From positions 169,058 through 201,057 of the forward strand of contig NZ_FUZT01000009.1 in assembly GCF_900167445.1 (NCBI RefSeq): a stretch of DNA of 32,000 nucleotides. Direction: 5' to 3'. Both the position numbers and the translations under genes were made by a program. Source of the stretch: Maledivibacter halophilus. GTDB lineage: Bacteria; Bacillota; Clostridia; Peptostreptococcales; Caminicellaceae. The notes beneath the pieces were generated by a model. The model ran no database searches. It saw only the letters and a list, made by a program, of their open reading frames with translations, and was not told the DNA's origin. Shown in pieces: positions 1 through 9,434 of this stretch; the first letter of the stretch is position 1, and each line of letters opens with the position of its first letter.

Positions 1-1
1 G

Positions 2-1441
2 AAATATGGAAGCAAGGCTGTAGTGTCATGTATAGGTCAGGGAGGAGAAAATCTTGTAAAGTATGCATCAATTATGAATGATGGACCAGAAGCTAGATGT
101 ATAGGGAGATCAGGAATGGGAGCAGTTATGGGTTCAAAAAATCTAAAGGCTTTGGTTGTATATGGCAGTAAAAAATCCAATATTCTATATGAAGAAGAAC
201 TGATTGAAGATATAAAAAATATTTCAAAGAAGTTAGGTAAGGACTTGAAGGAGCATCCCTTTAGGAAGTATGGAACTCCCTTTGCATATGCAGGTTCTTT
301 AGCTACCGGAGATTTACCTATTAAAAATTGGCAGCTTGGAGCTTATGAAGGGATGAATGAATTATCAGCATCTGCTATAGAAAGGAAAATGGAGATAAAA
401 CCATATTTTTGCAGCCAGTGTATCCTTGGCTGTGGTATTACTGTACATGTTAAAGAAGGGAAATATGCCAGCATAAAAACTGGTGGACCAGAATATGAAA
501 CCCTTGGAATGCTGGGAGCTAATTTATTAATTACAGATCCACAAGCTGTTCAATATGGGAATGAATTATGTAATAGATATGGCATAGATACCATTTCCTG
601 TGGAAGCACAATAGCTTGGGCCATAGAAGCCTTTGAGTATGGATATATTACGAAAAATGAAACCCAGGGACTTGAACTCAGATGGGGAGATTCTGATATG
701 ATGATAGAGCTTATTGAAAGAATTGTTTTTAGAAGGGACATTGGTGATATTCTTGCAGAAGGAAGCTATAGAGCATCCCAGGCTATTGGTAATAATAGTG
801 AAGCCTTTGCTGTACATGTGAGAGGTCTAGATTTGCCTGCCCATGATCCAAGGGCCCATGTCTCAAGTGCCGTTGCATATGTTACCACTCCAAGGGGAGC
901 ATGTCATCAGGCAGGAGCCCATAGTTCAAATAGCAAACCTAATGCTATTGAGACAGTTCGGTGGAGTAAAGAGATGGTACCAGGAAAACCAGAAAATGTA
1001 GGTTCATGGGTGGCAGAATTGCAAAATGCCATGAATATGGCAGATTCTTTGGGAGCATGTAAATTTTCTGGTCTTGTATTAGGAGGAAGTCCTATCTCAA
1101 AACATGCTGAGTGGATCAATTTGATTACCGGGTGGAATATGACTCCTACGGACATAGCTGAAGTGGGTGAAAGAATTCATAATTTAAAATGGCTTTATAA
1201 CTATAGATGTGGTACTACTCGTAAGGATTTGGCAATGCCTACAAGAATATCGACCCGTAAACGGGGGGAAGGAGTAAATGGAAATGAACTTCCAGCAATT
1301 GATATTATGTTAAGTGATTATTTTTATCAGCGTGGCTGGAGTGAATTTGGAATTCCGCTTCCCGAGACCTTGGAAAAATTGAAAATTATTGAATACATGC
1401 CTGAAAATTATACTGCTGGACCTAAGCTTTCAAAGGGTTAA
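2..1441 (+). CDS. aor: Aldehyde:ferredoxin oxidoreductase (tungsten/molybdopterin AOR family); 5' end cut by the window edge
   Basis: The frame stays open from base 2 (KYGSKAVVSCIGQGGENLVKYASIMNDG..RSGMGAVMGSKNLKA). The long C-terminal region is typical of AOR-family enzymes. The stop codon ends at 1441. Confidence 0.85.
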   Translation, partial: KYGSKAVVSCIGQGGENLVKYASIMNDGPEARCIGRSGMGAVMGSKNLKALVVYGSKKSNILYEEELIEDIKNISKKLGKDLKEHPFRKYGTPFAYAGSLATGDLPIKNWQLGAYEGMNELSASAIERKMEIKPYFCSQCILGCGITVHVKEGKYASIKTGGPEYETLGMLGANLLITDPQAVQYGNELCNRYGIDTISCGSTIAWAIEAFEYGYITKNETQGLELRWGDSDMMIELIERIVFRRDIGDILAEGSYRASQAIGNNSEAFAVHVRGLDLPAHDPRAHVSSAVAYVTTPRGACHQAGAHSSNSKPNAIETVRWSKEMVPGKPENVGSWVAELQNAMNMADSLGACKFSGLVLGGSPISKHAEWINLITGWNMTPTDIAEVGERIHNLKWLYNYRCGTTRKDLAMPTRISTRKRGEGVNGNELPAIDIMLSDYFYQRGWSEFGIPLPETLEKLKIIEYMPENYTAGPKLSKG

Positions 1442-1478
1442 TTTATTATAGAACTATTAATCGGAGGTTAAAATTATT

Positions 1479-1697
1479 GTGCTAAAAGTAAATGGAGACG
1501 ATATTTGGATTGAAAAAAGTATGACTATATCGGAAATTATATCTAAACTTAGAGAAGAATCCTATAATGATATACTTCTTAATCAACCCTTTATAATATT
1601 AGTCAACAAAAAATATATTCCTGAAGATAAATACAATAAATACAAACTAGACTTTGGAGACGAAGTTACAATAATTCCTTATATTGCAGGAGGATAA
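1479..1697 (+). CDS. MoaD/ThiS-family ubiquitin-like sulfur-carrier protein
   Basis: 72 aa ending in the diagnostic C-terminal Gly-Gly (..IIPYIAGG). GGAGG lies about 11 nt upstream of a GTG start. The gene sits directly downstream of the AOR gene. Confidence 0.7.
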   Translation: MLKVNGDDIWIEKSMTISEIISKLREESYNDILLNQPFIILVNKKYIPEDKYNKYKLDFGDEVTIIPYIAGG

Positions 1698-1829
1698 AAG
1701 ACTGTTCCATTAAATAAAGTGAGGTAATAGTGAACTTTAAACTATAATTATTATGAAACTCAACCAATTTAGAATTATGCAATTTCTTGATTTATATAAA
1801 TTATTAAATAATAAGAGGAGGAAACAACC

Positions 1830-2726
1830 ATGAAAAAAATAGGCGTTTTAGGTGCAGGGGCAATGGGCAGAGGCATGATTAAAAATTTAATAGAATCAGG
1901 ATACGAGGTTTATGTATACGATCCATCTTCCAAGGCCCAGGAGATATCCAAAAATATGGGAGCTGATGTACTTAATTCTCCAAGGGAAGTTGGAGCAGTA
2001 GTTGAAATTTTATTAGCTAGTTTACCAACAAGTCAGGCTGTAAAGGATTCTATATGTGGAGAAAATGGTGCTCTGCAATCATTAAAAGAGCAATCAATTA
2101 TATGTGATATGAGTACTACAGCCGTTTCTACTGAAAAGGAATTGTATGCACTATGTAAGGAAAAGGAAATTGGTTACTTAGATTGTCCAGTTAGTGGTGG
2201 ACCAATGGGAGCAGAAAATGCTACTATGTCTATTATGGTTGGAGGAGATAAGGAGATTTTTGATAAGTCAAAGGAAGTTTTTAATATTATTGGAGGCAAT
2301 ATTTTCTATTTAGGTAAATCTGGTTCAGGTCAGACTATAAAAATATGCCATAATATGGTGTTAGCCGTAACAACCATATCCCTTGTGGAATCCTTTATAA
2401 CTGCTGTTAAAGCGGGGGTTAACCCTAAAACCCTTGCCGATGTATTTAAGGTGAGCGTAGCTAAAAGTGGTACTTTAGATGTATTTGGCGATAATTTGGT
2501 AAATGGTACCTATGAAAAAACTATATTTGCCCTGAGCCATATGCATAAGGATGCAAATCTTTATATGGGATTGGCTGATGAATTAAAAACACCGTCTCCA
2601 GTTAGTAGTGTTGTATATCAATTATTTAATGCTGCTATAAATAAGGGACTGGGTTCTAAAGATCAAACTGCGGTTGCAGAAGTTTTAGAAGAAATGTCAG
2701 ATTTCAGAATAGCTTTTAATCAATAG
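1830..2726 (+). CDS. NAD(P)-dependent beta-hydroxyacid dehydrogenase (3-hydroxyisobutyrate / 2-hydroxy-3-oxopropionate reductase family)
   Basis: N-terminal Rossmann motif IGVLGAGAMGRGM. The DCPVSGGP and GSGQTIKICHN motifs are typical of the HIBADH/GarR family. A strong RBS AGGAGG lies upstream. Confidence 0.85.
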   Translation: MKKIGVLGAGAMGRGMIKNLIESGYEVYVYDPSSKAQEISKNMGADVLNSPREVGAVVEILLASLPTSQAVKDSICGENGALQSLKEQSIICDMSTTAVSTEKELYALCKEKEIGYLDCPVSGGPMGAENATMSIMVGGDKEIFDKSKEVFNIIGGNIFYLGKSGSGQTIKICHNMVLAVTTISLVESFITAVKAGVNPKTLADVFKVSVAKSGTLDVFGDNLVNGTYEKTIFALSHMHKDANLYMGLADELKTPSPVSSVVYQLFNAAINKGLGSKDQTAVAEVLEEMSDFRIAFNQ

Positions 2727-2792
2727 TCTACAGTTTATTATGAATTTATAAGTAAGATTGTAAAAAAATAATTCTTTAATTTGAGGATCAAT

Positions 2793-2829
2793 AAAGCGGA
2801 TTTTTCTATGGGAAATCCGCTTTATTATA
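2793..2829 (+). terminator. Rho-independent terminator after the dehydrogenase gene
   Basis: Perfect 11-bp stem AAAGCGGATTT / AAATCCGCTTT with a 9-nt loop, followed by a T-rich tract. It lies inside the spurious N-terminal extension of ORF 2781. Confidence 0.75.
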
Positions 2830-2873
2830 ACAAGCTTATATATAGACGGATGCTAAAAAGGAGAGGATATGCG

Positions 2874-4061
2874 ATGAATTTGCCATTAGAAAATATTAAG
2901 GTTTTAGACTTAACTAGGGTATTGGCAGGCCCATATTGTACAATGATTTTAGCTGATTTGGGAGCCGAAGTCATTAAAGTTGAAAGGCCCTATACTGGAG
3001 ATGATTCAAGGGCATTTGGTCCATATGTGGAAAATGAGAGCATGTATTTTATTAGTATAAATAGAAATAAAAAAAGTATTACAGTTAATTTAAAAAGTGA
3101 TAAAGGAAAGGATATTATTAAGGAATTAGTTAAGAAGGTTGATATAGTAGTTGAAAACTTTAAGCCCGGAACGATGGAAAGATTAGGGCTGGGATATGAT
3201 ACATTAAAATCAGTAAACGAAAAAATTATTTATGCCGGATTATCAGGATTTGGCCATTATGGACCTTATAGCAGCAGACCAGCCTATGATGGAGTAGTTC
3301 AGGCCATGGGTGGGATAATGAGTATTACAGGTCAAGAAGGAGGAGAACCAACGAGGGTTGGCTCTTCAATAGGAGATATATTTGCTGGGATTTTTGGTGC
3401 TATAGGGATATTATCAGCAATTAATAAGAGAAAAGTTGACAGGCTAGGAATGAAAGTAGATGTATCTATGCTGGACTGCCAGGTTGCAGTACTTGAAAAT
3501 GCTATTTCTAGATACTTTGCAACGGGAAAATCTCCAGTACCTATGGGTAATAAACATTCTTCCGTTGTTCCCTTCGAACCTTTTAGTACAAAAGACGGAA
3601 AAATAATGATAGCAGTAGGAAACGATAATTTATGGTTGAAGTTTTGCACATCAATAAACAGGGAGGATTTAAAAAAGGATGGAAGGTTTAAAACAAATCT
3701 TTTAAGATATAATAATTATGATTATCTAAGGCCAATAATCCAAAAGGAATTAATTAAAAAGACTACGAAGGAATGGGAAAAAATCCTGATAAATGAAGGA
3801 ATTCCTAGTGCACCTATTAATAATATAGAGATGTTGGTCAATAATGAACAGGTAATTGCGAGAAAAATGATTCAGCAGATAAAGCATCCTAAAGCCGGTA
3901 GGGTAAGTATTCCTGGAGTTCCTATTAAGATAAGTGGGTGCTCTGATGACATAAGGTTTTCTGCTCCAGTGCTTGGGCAGCATACAGAGGAAATTTTAAA
4001 GGAATATTTAAGTATATCTAGTGACAATCTTGAGATAATGAGAAAGGAAGAAGTTATATAA
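2874..4061 (+). CDS. Family III CoA-transferase (CaiB/BaiF family)
   Basis: The sequence MNLPLENIKVLDLTRVLAGPYCTMILADLGAEVIKVE is the canonical family III N-terminus. I chose the start at ATG 2874 because it has a GGAGAGG RBS and lies downstream of the terminator hairpin. The track start at 2781 is rejected. Confidence 0.88.
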   Translation: MNLPLENIKVLDLTRVLAGPYCTMILADLGAEVIKVERPYTGDDSRAFGPYVENESMYFISINRNKKSITVNLKSDKGKDIIKELVKKVDIVVENFKPGTMERLGLGYDTLKSVNEKIIYAGLSGFGHYGPYSSRPAYDGVVQAMGGIMSITGQEGGEPTRVGSSIGDIFAGIFGAIGILSAINKRKVDRLGMKVDVSMLDCQVAVLENAISRYFATGKSPVPMGNKHSSVVPFEPFSTKDGKIMIAVGNDNLWLKFCTSINREDLKKDGRFKTNLLRYNNYDYLRPIIQKELIKKTTKEWEKILINEGIPSAPINNIEMLVNNEQVIARKMIQQIKHPKAGRVSIPGVPIKISGCSDDIRFSAPVLGQHTEEILKEYLSISSDNLEIMRKEEVI

Positions 4062-4072
4062 AGAAGCTATTC

Positions 4073-4136
4073 TAACCTGTTGTGCTAGTAAATGAAATAT
4101 TAAAAACTCCGGTATAGGAACTAGCACAACAAGTTA
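4073..4136. repeat. Palindromic intergenic repeat element, short copy (A)
   Basis: TAACCTGTTGTGCTAGT (4073-4089) pairs with ACTAGCACAACAAGTTA (4120-4136) with 1 mismatch. The arms enclose AAATGAAATATTAAAAACTCCGGTATAGGAA. Both the arms and the core recur at 11706-11888. Confidence 0.7.
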
Positions 4137-4179
4137 TTTTAAGGAGTAGGGTAATTTTATGCTGCTGTTTGTATTTCAA

Positions 4180-4902
4180 TTAAACAATTTTTCCAATTAA
4201 ATTTATAGGAACTGAAAAGTCCTTATTTAGTTTACCCTCACTAATAGCTATTAGTGTTGTACATGGTCCAGCAGATTTATAAATATCTATCTCGAAATTA
4301 TCTTCAAATTGAATTTCTATACCTTGATATTTACACAGCTTATCTAGCTCACCCTTTATTCCGGAGGAGCCAACAGGTATAATTTCTTTTATATTTTTTA
4401 ATTTCAATATCTTCTCTAATATTTTTATATCACATATAAGTCCTTGATTTTCTAAGACCTCATTTCCAATACTTGGGATACCTATAGAATAAATGGAACT
4501 ATTCTTGTAAATACTATCTATCACAATATCATCTTTATTTATAATTCCAAAACCAGTTATACCTAAAGCAGTCATTGAAGTTTTCATGTTTTTTTCTGTA
4601 CTTATTGTAATTGGAATATTAAATTCTAGTTCTGATATTTCATTTTGTACTCCTTTTAAAATTTCATCTCCAGTTGGATTAGGCTCATTGGAAATATTAG
4701 CGGTAATACCTATAGGTTTAGCACCTATAGATATAATTTCCATAAGACATACTCTGGTTGTATACTTTCCAGTAATATTGTATGGAACCTTTACAATATC
4801 ATTTTCTTTTAATCCTATGGCTCCACATGAATCACAGGCTATAACTAAGTATTGAGATTCATTGAGGCTGATAAAATTCACATCTCTATGTTTATAAATC
4901 AT
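4180..4902 (-). CDS. AIR-synthase-related (PurM/ThiL-like) ATP-binding protein; possibly a CblS-like kinase
   Basis: 240 aa. The motif LVIACDSCGAIG and the overall pattern resemble short AIR-synthase-related proteins. The gene lies 3 nt downstream of the ECF S-component gene on the same strand. The CblS assignment rests on recalled gene pairing only. Confidence 0.55.
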   Translation of the reverse strand: MIYKHRDVNFISLNESQYLVIACDSCGAIGLKENDIVKVPYNITGKYTTRVCLMEIISIGAKPIGITANISNEPNPTGDEILKGVQNEISELEFNIPITISTEKNMKTSMTALGITGFGIINKDDIVIDSIYKNSSIYSIGIPSIGNEVLENQGLICDIKILEKILKLKNIKEIIPVGSSGIKGELDKLCKYQGIEIQFEDNFEIDIYKSAGPCTTLIAISEGKLNKDFSVPINLIGKIV

Positions 4903-4905
4903 TTT

Positions 4906-5409
4906 CTAACTCCTTTGTTTATTAAATAAAGTGTTTTTTAAGGGTATGAATACTAAAGCTGAAAGAATAACGTTTAAGGTGCTTCCTATTAATAAAAATG
5001 GAGCTATTCCAAGGAAAAAAGGCCATCCAAATTGAGGAAATATAAGTAATATGAGGGGGGATACAATTCCATTTAATAATATTCCAACAAAGGCACCTAT
5101 AAATATATTGGTTTTTTTATATACAAACCCATATAGATAAACTGAAATAAACATCATAATTGCGACTATTAAATGAACTGGTAATGAAAGGGGAAAACCA
5201 ATGCTTGCAGAAGTTAAAATATGACCTAAAAATCCAATTGTTCCACCTGTAATTCCTCCCAAAATTAGACCGGATAAATAACCGGCAGTAGAGTCAAAAG
5301 CAATTGTTCCCAAGGGGCTTGGAATCTTAATATAAGAGCCTACAAAGCTTAGAGCAATAAACATTGCCATAAGAACCAATTTTTTTGTATTACCTTTCAT
5401 CAAAGACAC
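4906..5409 (-). CDS. ECF-transporter substrate-specific (S) component; possibly CblT-like
   Basis: 167 aa, with about 5-6 hydrophobic helices and glycine-rich segments (LILGGITGGTIGFLGH) typical of small ECF S components. An RBS GGAGGTG lies upstream. Confidence 0.6.
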   Translation of the reverse strand: MSLMKGNTKKLVLMAMFIALSFVGSYIKIPSPLGTIAFDSTAGYLSGLILGGITGGTIGFLGHILTSASIGFPLSLPVHLIVAIMMFISVYLYGFVYKKTNIFIGAFVGILLNGIVSPLILLIFPQFGWPFFLGIAPFLLIGSTLNVILSALVFIPLKNTLFNKQRS

Positions 5410-5644
5410 CTCCTAAATATAGATTTAATAATGTAGATTTATAAATGCATTGTATATAGTATAGTATCTTTTATTTATAAATTCAATTCTATATAATATT
5501 TTATGCTATATAAATTATAAAATATTGCAATAATATAAAGATATACAAGAATATAAAGTTTATATAATTTAACTTTATATGGTGGAATAATGTATAAATT
5601 AGCCTATGAGTTTGTTTCACTATAACCAATGAAAGGATGAAAAG

Positions 5645-6340
5645 ATGGAGCTAGAATTTATAGGGAAGTTAACCCTTCAATTGATTTTAGGTTTTTTTTC
5701 ACTTTTAATTATTACAAAGATATTAGGGAAAACTCAAATAAGTCAGGTAACGCCCTTTGATTTTATTTCTTCTTTGGTATTGGGAGAGCTTTTAGGAAAT
5801 GTAGTTTATGATAAAGAAATTCATATATTTGTATTTTTATATGCAATTTTTATGTGGACATTTTTAATATATATTATAGAAGTAATAACACAAAAATTCA
5901 GACGTACTAGAAGTTTTTTTGAAGGCAATCCTTCAATTTTAATTAGAAATGGACAAATTGATTTTCATCAGTTAAAGAAAGAAATGTTAGATATAAATGA
6001 ACTTATGAGCCTTCTAAGAGGAAGAGATATTTTTTCAATTAGGGAAGTGCAATATGCCATTTTAGAACCAAATGGATCACTGAGTATATTAAAAAAATCT
6101 AAATATGATACTCCAACAAAGGAAGAATTAAATATTGTTAATAAGGAGGTATATTTGCCTGTAGCCTTTATACTGGATAAGGAAATTATATGGGAAAACC
6201 TTAATGCTTGTGGATTTGATGAAAGCTGGCTTAGAAAAGAACTTGAAGCTAGTGGTATAAAGGACATAAATGAAATTTTTTTTGCAGAATGGAAATATGA
6301 TGAGGGCTTACATATTGTTCCATTTAGGGAAAAGAAATAA
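5645..6340 (+). CDS. DUF421 (YetF-like) membrane protein
   Basis: N-terminal TM helices plus the ISQVTPFDFISSLVLGELLGN motif, and a C-terminal soluble domain ending ..FAEWKYDEGLHIVP. Confidence 0.8.
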   Translation: MELEFIGKLTLQLILGFFSLLIITKILGKTQISQVTPFDFISSLVLGELLGNVVYDKEIHIFVFLYAIFMWTFLIYIIEVITQKFRRTRSFFEGNPSILIRNGQIDFHQLKKEMLDINELMSLLRGRDIFSIREVQYAILEPNGSLSILKKSKYDTPTKEELNIVNKEVYLPVAFILDKEIIWENLNACGFDESWLRKELEASGIKDINEIFFAEWKYDEGLHIVPFREKK

Positions 6341-6365
6341 TAAAAATTTTTGGAGGATTATGTTA

Positions 6366-7052
6366 ATGAAATATTTAGATACGGTAATGGAATTAGTCAT
6401 AGGTTTTATGGCTCTTTTTATTATTACAAAGATGATTGGTAAAAGACAAATTAGTCAGATTACTCCTTTTGATTTTATTTCTGCCATAGTATTGGGTGAA
6501 CTTTTAGGCAATGCCATATATGATAAAGAAATTGGATTACTATATATTATAAGTACATTGTTATTATGGGGAGTTCTTATGGTATTAGTTGAATTAATCA
6601 CACAGAAATTTAGAAAAACAAGGGGATTTTTAGAAGGCAATCCTTCTATAGTGATTAGGCAGGGATTAATTGATCGTAAGGAGTTAAACAAAAATAAGAT
6701 AGATATTAATGAATTACTAAATATGCTAAGACAAAAAGATGTTTTTTCAGTTCGTGAAGTTGAGTATGGAATTTTAGAAGCTGATGGAAAAATGAGTGTT
6801 TTGAAAAAATCTAAATATACACAGCCTACAATCGAGGATTTAGGGCTAACTAAAAAACCTTCATATTTGCCATTTGCATTAATTATTGATGGAGAGATTG
6901 TATTGGACAATCTAAAGAATAGTGGATTTGATGAAAAATGGCTCCAGATACAATTAAATAATCAGGGGTTTGATAGGGCTAAGGACATATTCTATGCTGA
7001 ATGGAAACAAGACGAAGGAATGCATATTGTACCTATGAAAGAAAAAGCATGA
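6366..7052 (+). CDS. DUF421 (YetF-like) membrane protein; tandem paralog
   Basis: The same motifs as the upstream gene (ISQITPFDFISAIVLGELLGN ... YAEWKQDEGMHIVP). I chose the start at ATG 6366 (or 6360) behind GGAGG at 6353-6357. The track start at 6270 overlaps the previous gene. Confidence 0.8.
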   Translation: MKYLDTVMELVIGFMALFIITKMIGKRQISQITPFDFISAIVLGELLGNAIYDKEIGLLYIISTLLLWGVLMVLVELITQKFRKTRGFLEGNPSIVIRQGLIDRKELNKNKIDINELLNMLRQKDVFSVREVEYGILEADGKMSVLKKSKYTQPTIEDLGLTKKPSYLPFALIIDGEIVLDNLKNSGFDEKWLQIQLNNQGFDRAKDIFYAEWKQDEGMHIVPMKEKA

Positions 7053-7409
7053 TGAGTTTACAAAAATTCACATATATAAAACCACTATTTTGTATAGACA
7101 GTATTAATGTTTAGCAAATATTATAGTAAAAGCTTAAATACCTCTTTGCTACCTGTTGAAATACTTGTTTTAGATCTTTCAAAGTAGATTTAATTCAATA
7201 ATATTCCATTGATTTGACATAATTTATTGGTTATTTGTCAATAATACTAAACTGATGGTGGATTTAAAGCAGAAAATTTTAAAAAATTTTTTGCTTTCAT
7301 CTTTAGGATATCCTAGAAGAGTTGTTTGTTCAAATAATTAAAATGTAGATTTATTAAACTTTAAAGTTGTTTATGTTTGGAGAATTTTATATGGAAGGGA
7401 GAAAAAAAT

Positions 7410-8396
7410 ATGAAAGAATGTTATTTAGGAGTGGATGTGGGGTCTGTTAGTACTAATATTGTTGTAATGGATTCAAATAAAAGTGTAGTAGACACTTTAT
7501 ATATAAGAACGAAGGGTAAGCCTATAGAAGCTTTGAAAATGGCACTTAGACAAATGAAAGATAGACTAGAAGATGATGTGACTATATCAGGACTAGGAAC
7601 AACAGGGAGTGGAAGACATCTAGCAGCCACCATGCTGGGAGCCGATATTGTTAAGAACGAAATAACGGCCCATGGTGTGGCGGCTCTAAATATTGTACCC
7701 GATGTTAAGACTATTATTGAAATAGGTGGACAGGATTCAAAAATTATTTTACTTAGAGATGGGATCATATATGATTTTGCTATGAATACAGTTTGCGCAG
7801 CTGGAACTGGGTCTTTTTTAGATAGACAGGCTGAAAGACTGGGAATTCCAATACGGGAATTTGGAAGCCTTGCATTAAAATCAAAGTCTCCCGTAAGGAT
7901 AGCAGGTAGATGTGCAGTTTTTGCAGAATCAGACATGATACATAAACAGCAGCTTGGACATAATCAAGAAGATATTATAAATGGGTTATGTGAAGCAATG
8001 GCAAGGAACTATCTCAATAATCTTGGTAAAGGAAAAGATATAAAGCCTCCAGTTGTTTTCCAAGGGGGAGTTGCAGCTAATATAGGAATAAAAAGAGCAT
8101 TTGAAAAATTATTGGGATGTGAAATAATTGTCCCCAAGTTTGCAGGAGTAATGGGGTCAATCGGAGCATGTCTTTTAGCTAAGGACGAGGTAGAAAAAAC
8201 CGGTAAAACTAAATTTTTAGGGTTGGATATTGCAGATAGTACATTCAATGTAAAAAGCTTTGAATGTGATAACTGTCCTAATATGTGTGAAGTAGTTGAG
8301 TTTTATAGAGATGAAAAATTAGTTGCAAGATGGGGAGATAAATGCGGCCGATGGAGTAATGCCCAGTTGAGTCGTGGAGATGAAAAGCTGGCGTAG
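7410..8396 (+). CDS. BadF/BadG/BcrA/BcrD-type ATPase (acyl-CoA dehydratase activase-like, HgdC family)
   Basis: LGVDVGSVSTN, GTTGSGR, IIEIGGQDSK, NTVCAAGTGSF and GRCAVFAESD are the actin-fold ATPase and cluster-Cys motifs of activases. A C-terminal Cys-rich tail (CDNCPNMC...GDKCGRW) follows. The start at ATG 7410 has a GGGAG RBS. Confidence 0.85.
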   Translation: MKECYLGVDVGSVSTNIVVMDSNKSVVDTLYIRTKGKPIEALKMALRQMKDRLEDDVTISGLGTTGSGRHLAATMLGADIVKNEITAHGVAALNIVPDVKTIIEIGGQDSKIILLRDGIIYDFAMNTVCAAGTGSFLDRQAERLGIPIREFGSLALKSKSPVRIAGRCAVFAESDMIHKQQLGHNQEDIINGLCEAMARNYLNNLGKGKDIKPPVVFQGGVAANIGIKRAFEKLLGCEIIVPKFAGVMGSIGACLLAKDEVEKTGKTKFLGLDIADSTFNVKSFECDNCPNMCEVVEFYRDEKLVARWGDKCGRWSNAQLSRGDEKLA

Positions 8397-8426
8397 AGGT
8401 CAGAAGTTAAATTACGGAGGTGGGAT

Positions 8427-9434
8427 ATGTTTGTAAAAGTTGGTATTCCAAGGGCACTTCTTTATTATGAATATTGTAAATTATGGATATCTTTTTTTGA
8501 AAATCTAGGTACCAAGGTTATAATATCAGAAAAAACAAATAAGGAAATTCTTGATAGAGGGGTAAAAAATACTGTTGATGAGGCATGTTTACCAGTTAAG
8601 ATTTACCACGGGCATGTTTTGAATTTAAAGGACAAAGTTGATTTTATTTTTACGCCGAGAATAGTAAGTGTTAATAAATATGAATATATTTGTCCTAAAT
8701 TTTGTGGACTACCTGAAATGATAAAATATTCCGTTAAGGGGCTGCCTCAGTTTATTGATACTACAATAGATTATAGAAAGTCAAGAAAAAATTTTAATAA
8801 GACAATTATGGAGATAGGAAATTATATTACCAAGGATAAAAATAGGATCAAATTTGCCTTTGAAAATGCCCTCAAAAAGCATAATGAATATAAGTCTCTC
8901 ATAAAAAAAGGTTTATTACCTATTGATATATTAAAAGGAGAGAACTATGAAGAAAATATTAATGAGGGTAAAGAAAAAGTTGTACTTTTAGGACATCCAT
9001 ATAATATATATGATTCCTATTCAAGTATGAATATTGTCGAAAAGCTCAGGAAGTACAATCTTTCAGTTGTAACTTGTGATACTTTAGATGAAGATGTTAT
9101 TAATCACAAAGCAAAAGAGTTAAATAAGAAGATGTTTTGGAGTTTTGGAAGAAAGATTCTTGGAACTGCTTTGTATTCAATTGATGATGAAGAAGTTTGC
9201 GGAATTATTTACCTTTCGTCCTTTGGATGTGGGTTGGATTCTGTTATAGCTGATGTTGCTGAAAGAAGAATAAGAAGAAACTCGAAAAAACCCTTTACCA
9301 TGCTAACCATAGATGAACATACTGGAGAAGCAGGGTTAGATACAAGAATAGAAGCTTTTGTAGATATGATTAAATGGAGGAAAAAAAATGAAAATAACTT
9401 TTCCCCACATAGGGAATACATATATCCCCATTAA
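8427..9434 (+). CDS. Activase-associated protein (DUF2229-like / 2-hydroxyacyl-CoA dehydratase-fold subunit)
   Basis: The N-terminal motif VGIPRALLYYEY..W..FF..LG is typical of the domain that follows the ATPase in long 'CoA-substrate-specific enzyme activase' proteins. The C-terminus TIDEHTGEAGLDTRIEAFVDM is paralogous to the end of the next gene. Confidence 0.7.
   Translation: MFVKVGIPRALLYYEYCKLWISFFENLGTKVIISEKTNKEILDRGVKNTVDEACLPVKIYHGHVLNLKDKVDFIFTPRIVSVNKYEYICPKFCGLPEMIKYSVKGLPQFIDTTIDYRKSRKNFNKTIMEIGNYITKDKNRIKFAFENALKKHNEYKSLIKKGLLPIDILKGENYEENINEGKEKVVLLGHPYNIYDSYSSMNIVEKLRKYNLSVVTCDTLDEDVINHKAKELNKKMFWSFGRKILGTALYSIDDEEVCGIIYLSSFGCGLDSVIADVAERRIRRNSKKPFTMLTIDEHTGEAGLDTRIEAFVDMIKWRKKNENNFSPHREYIYPH

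Noticed and set aside
550-1155. Minus-strand ORFs 550..741, 566..817 and 907..1155. Similar antisense ORFs elsewhere include 3332..3649, 3750..3983, 4586..4855, 5968..6267, 6455..6910, 7421..7936, 8009..8248, 9209..9421, 11022..11495, 14892..15635, 16389..16619, 16854..17069, 18574..18870, 20488..20721, 23060..23260, 23443..23634, 23631..23978, 24671..24886, 29815..30018, 31054..31245 and 31536..31763.
   Set aside because: Each lies entirely antisense to, or out of frame within, a well-supported family-assignable CDS. None has a recognisable RBS. Their translations are low-complexity, as expected for shadow ORFs in AT-rich DNA.
2781-2873. N-terminal extension of the CoA-transferase ORF (track start 2781).
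   Set aside because: The extension contains the terminator hairpin of the upstream gene. The conserved family III N-terminus starts at ATG 2874, which has its own RBS.
5410-5644. A cobalamin or other riboswitch upstream of the ECF S-component gene.
   Set aside because: No conserved GC-containing aptamer core (for example, a B12 box) is visible on the minus strand. The region is almost pure A/T.
6270-6365. N-terminal extension of the second DUF421 ORF, overlapping the first by 71 nt.
   Set aside because: The extension has no similarity to the paralog. GGAGG at 6353-6357 supports a start at 6360/6366.
7207-7245. TTGACA-N17-TGTCAA inverted arrangement, and the AT-rich hairpin at 7266-7300, upstream of the activase-like gene.
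   Set aside because: No convincing -10 box lies at the right spacing. The hairpin is weak, made only of A/T pairs, and far from any gene end. Nothing distinguishes either from the background.
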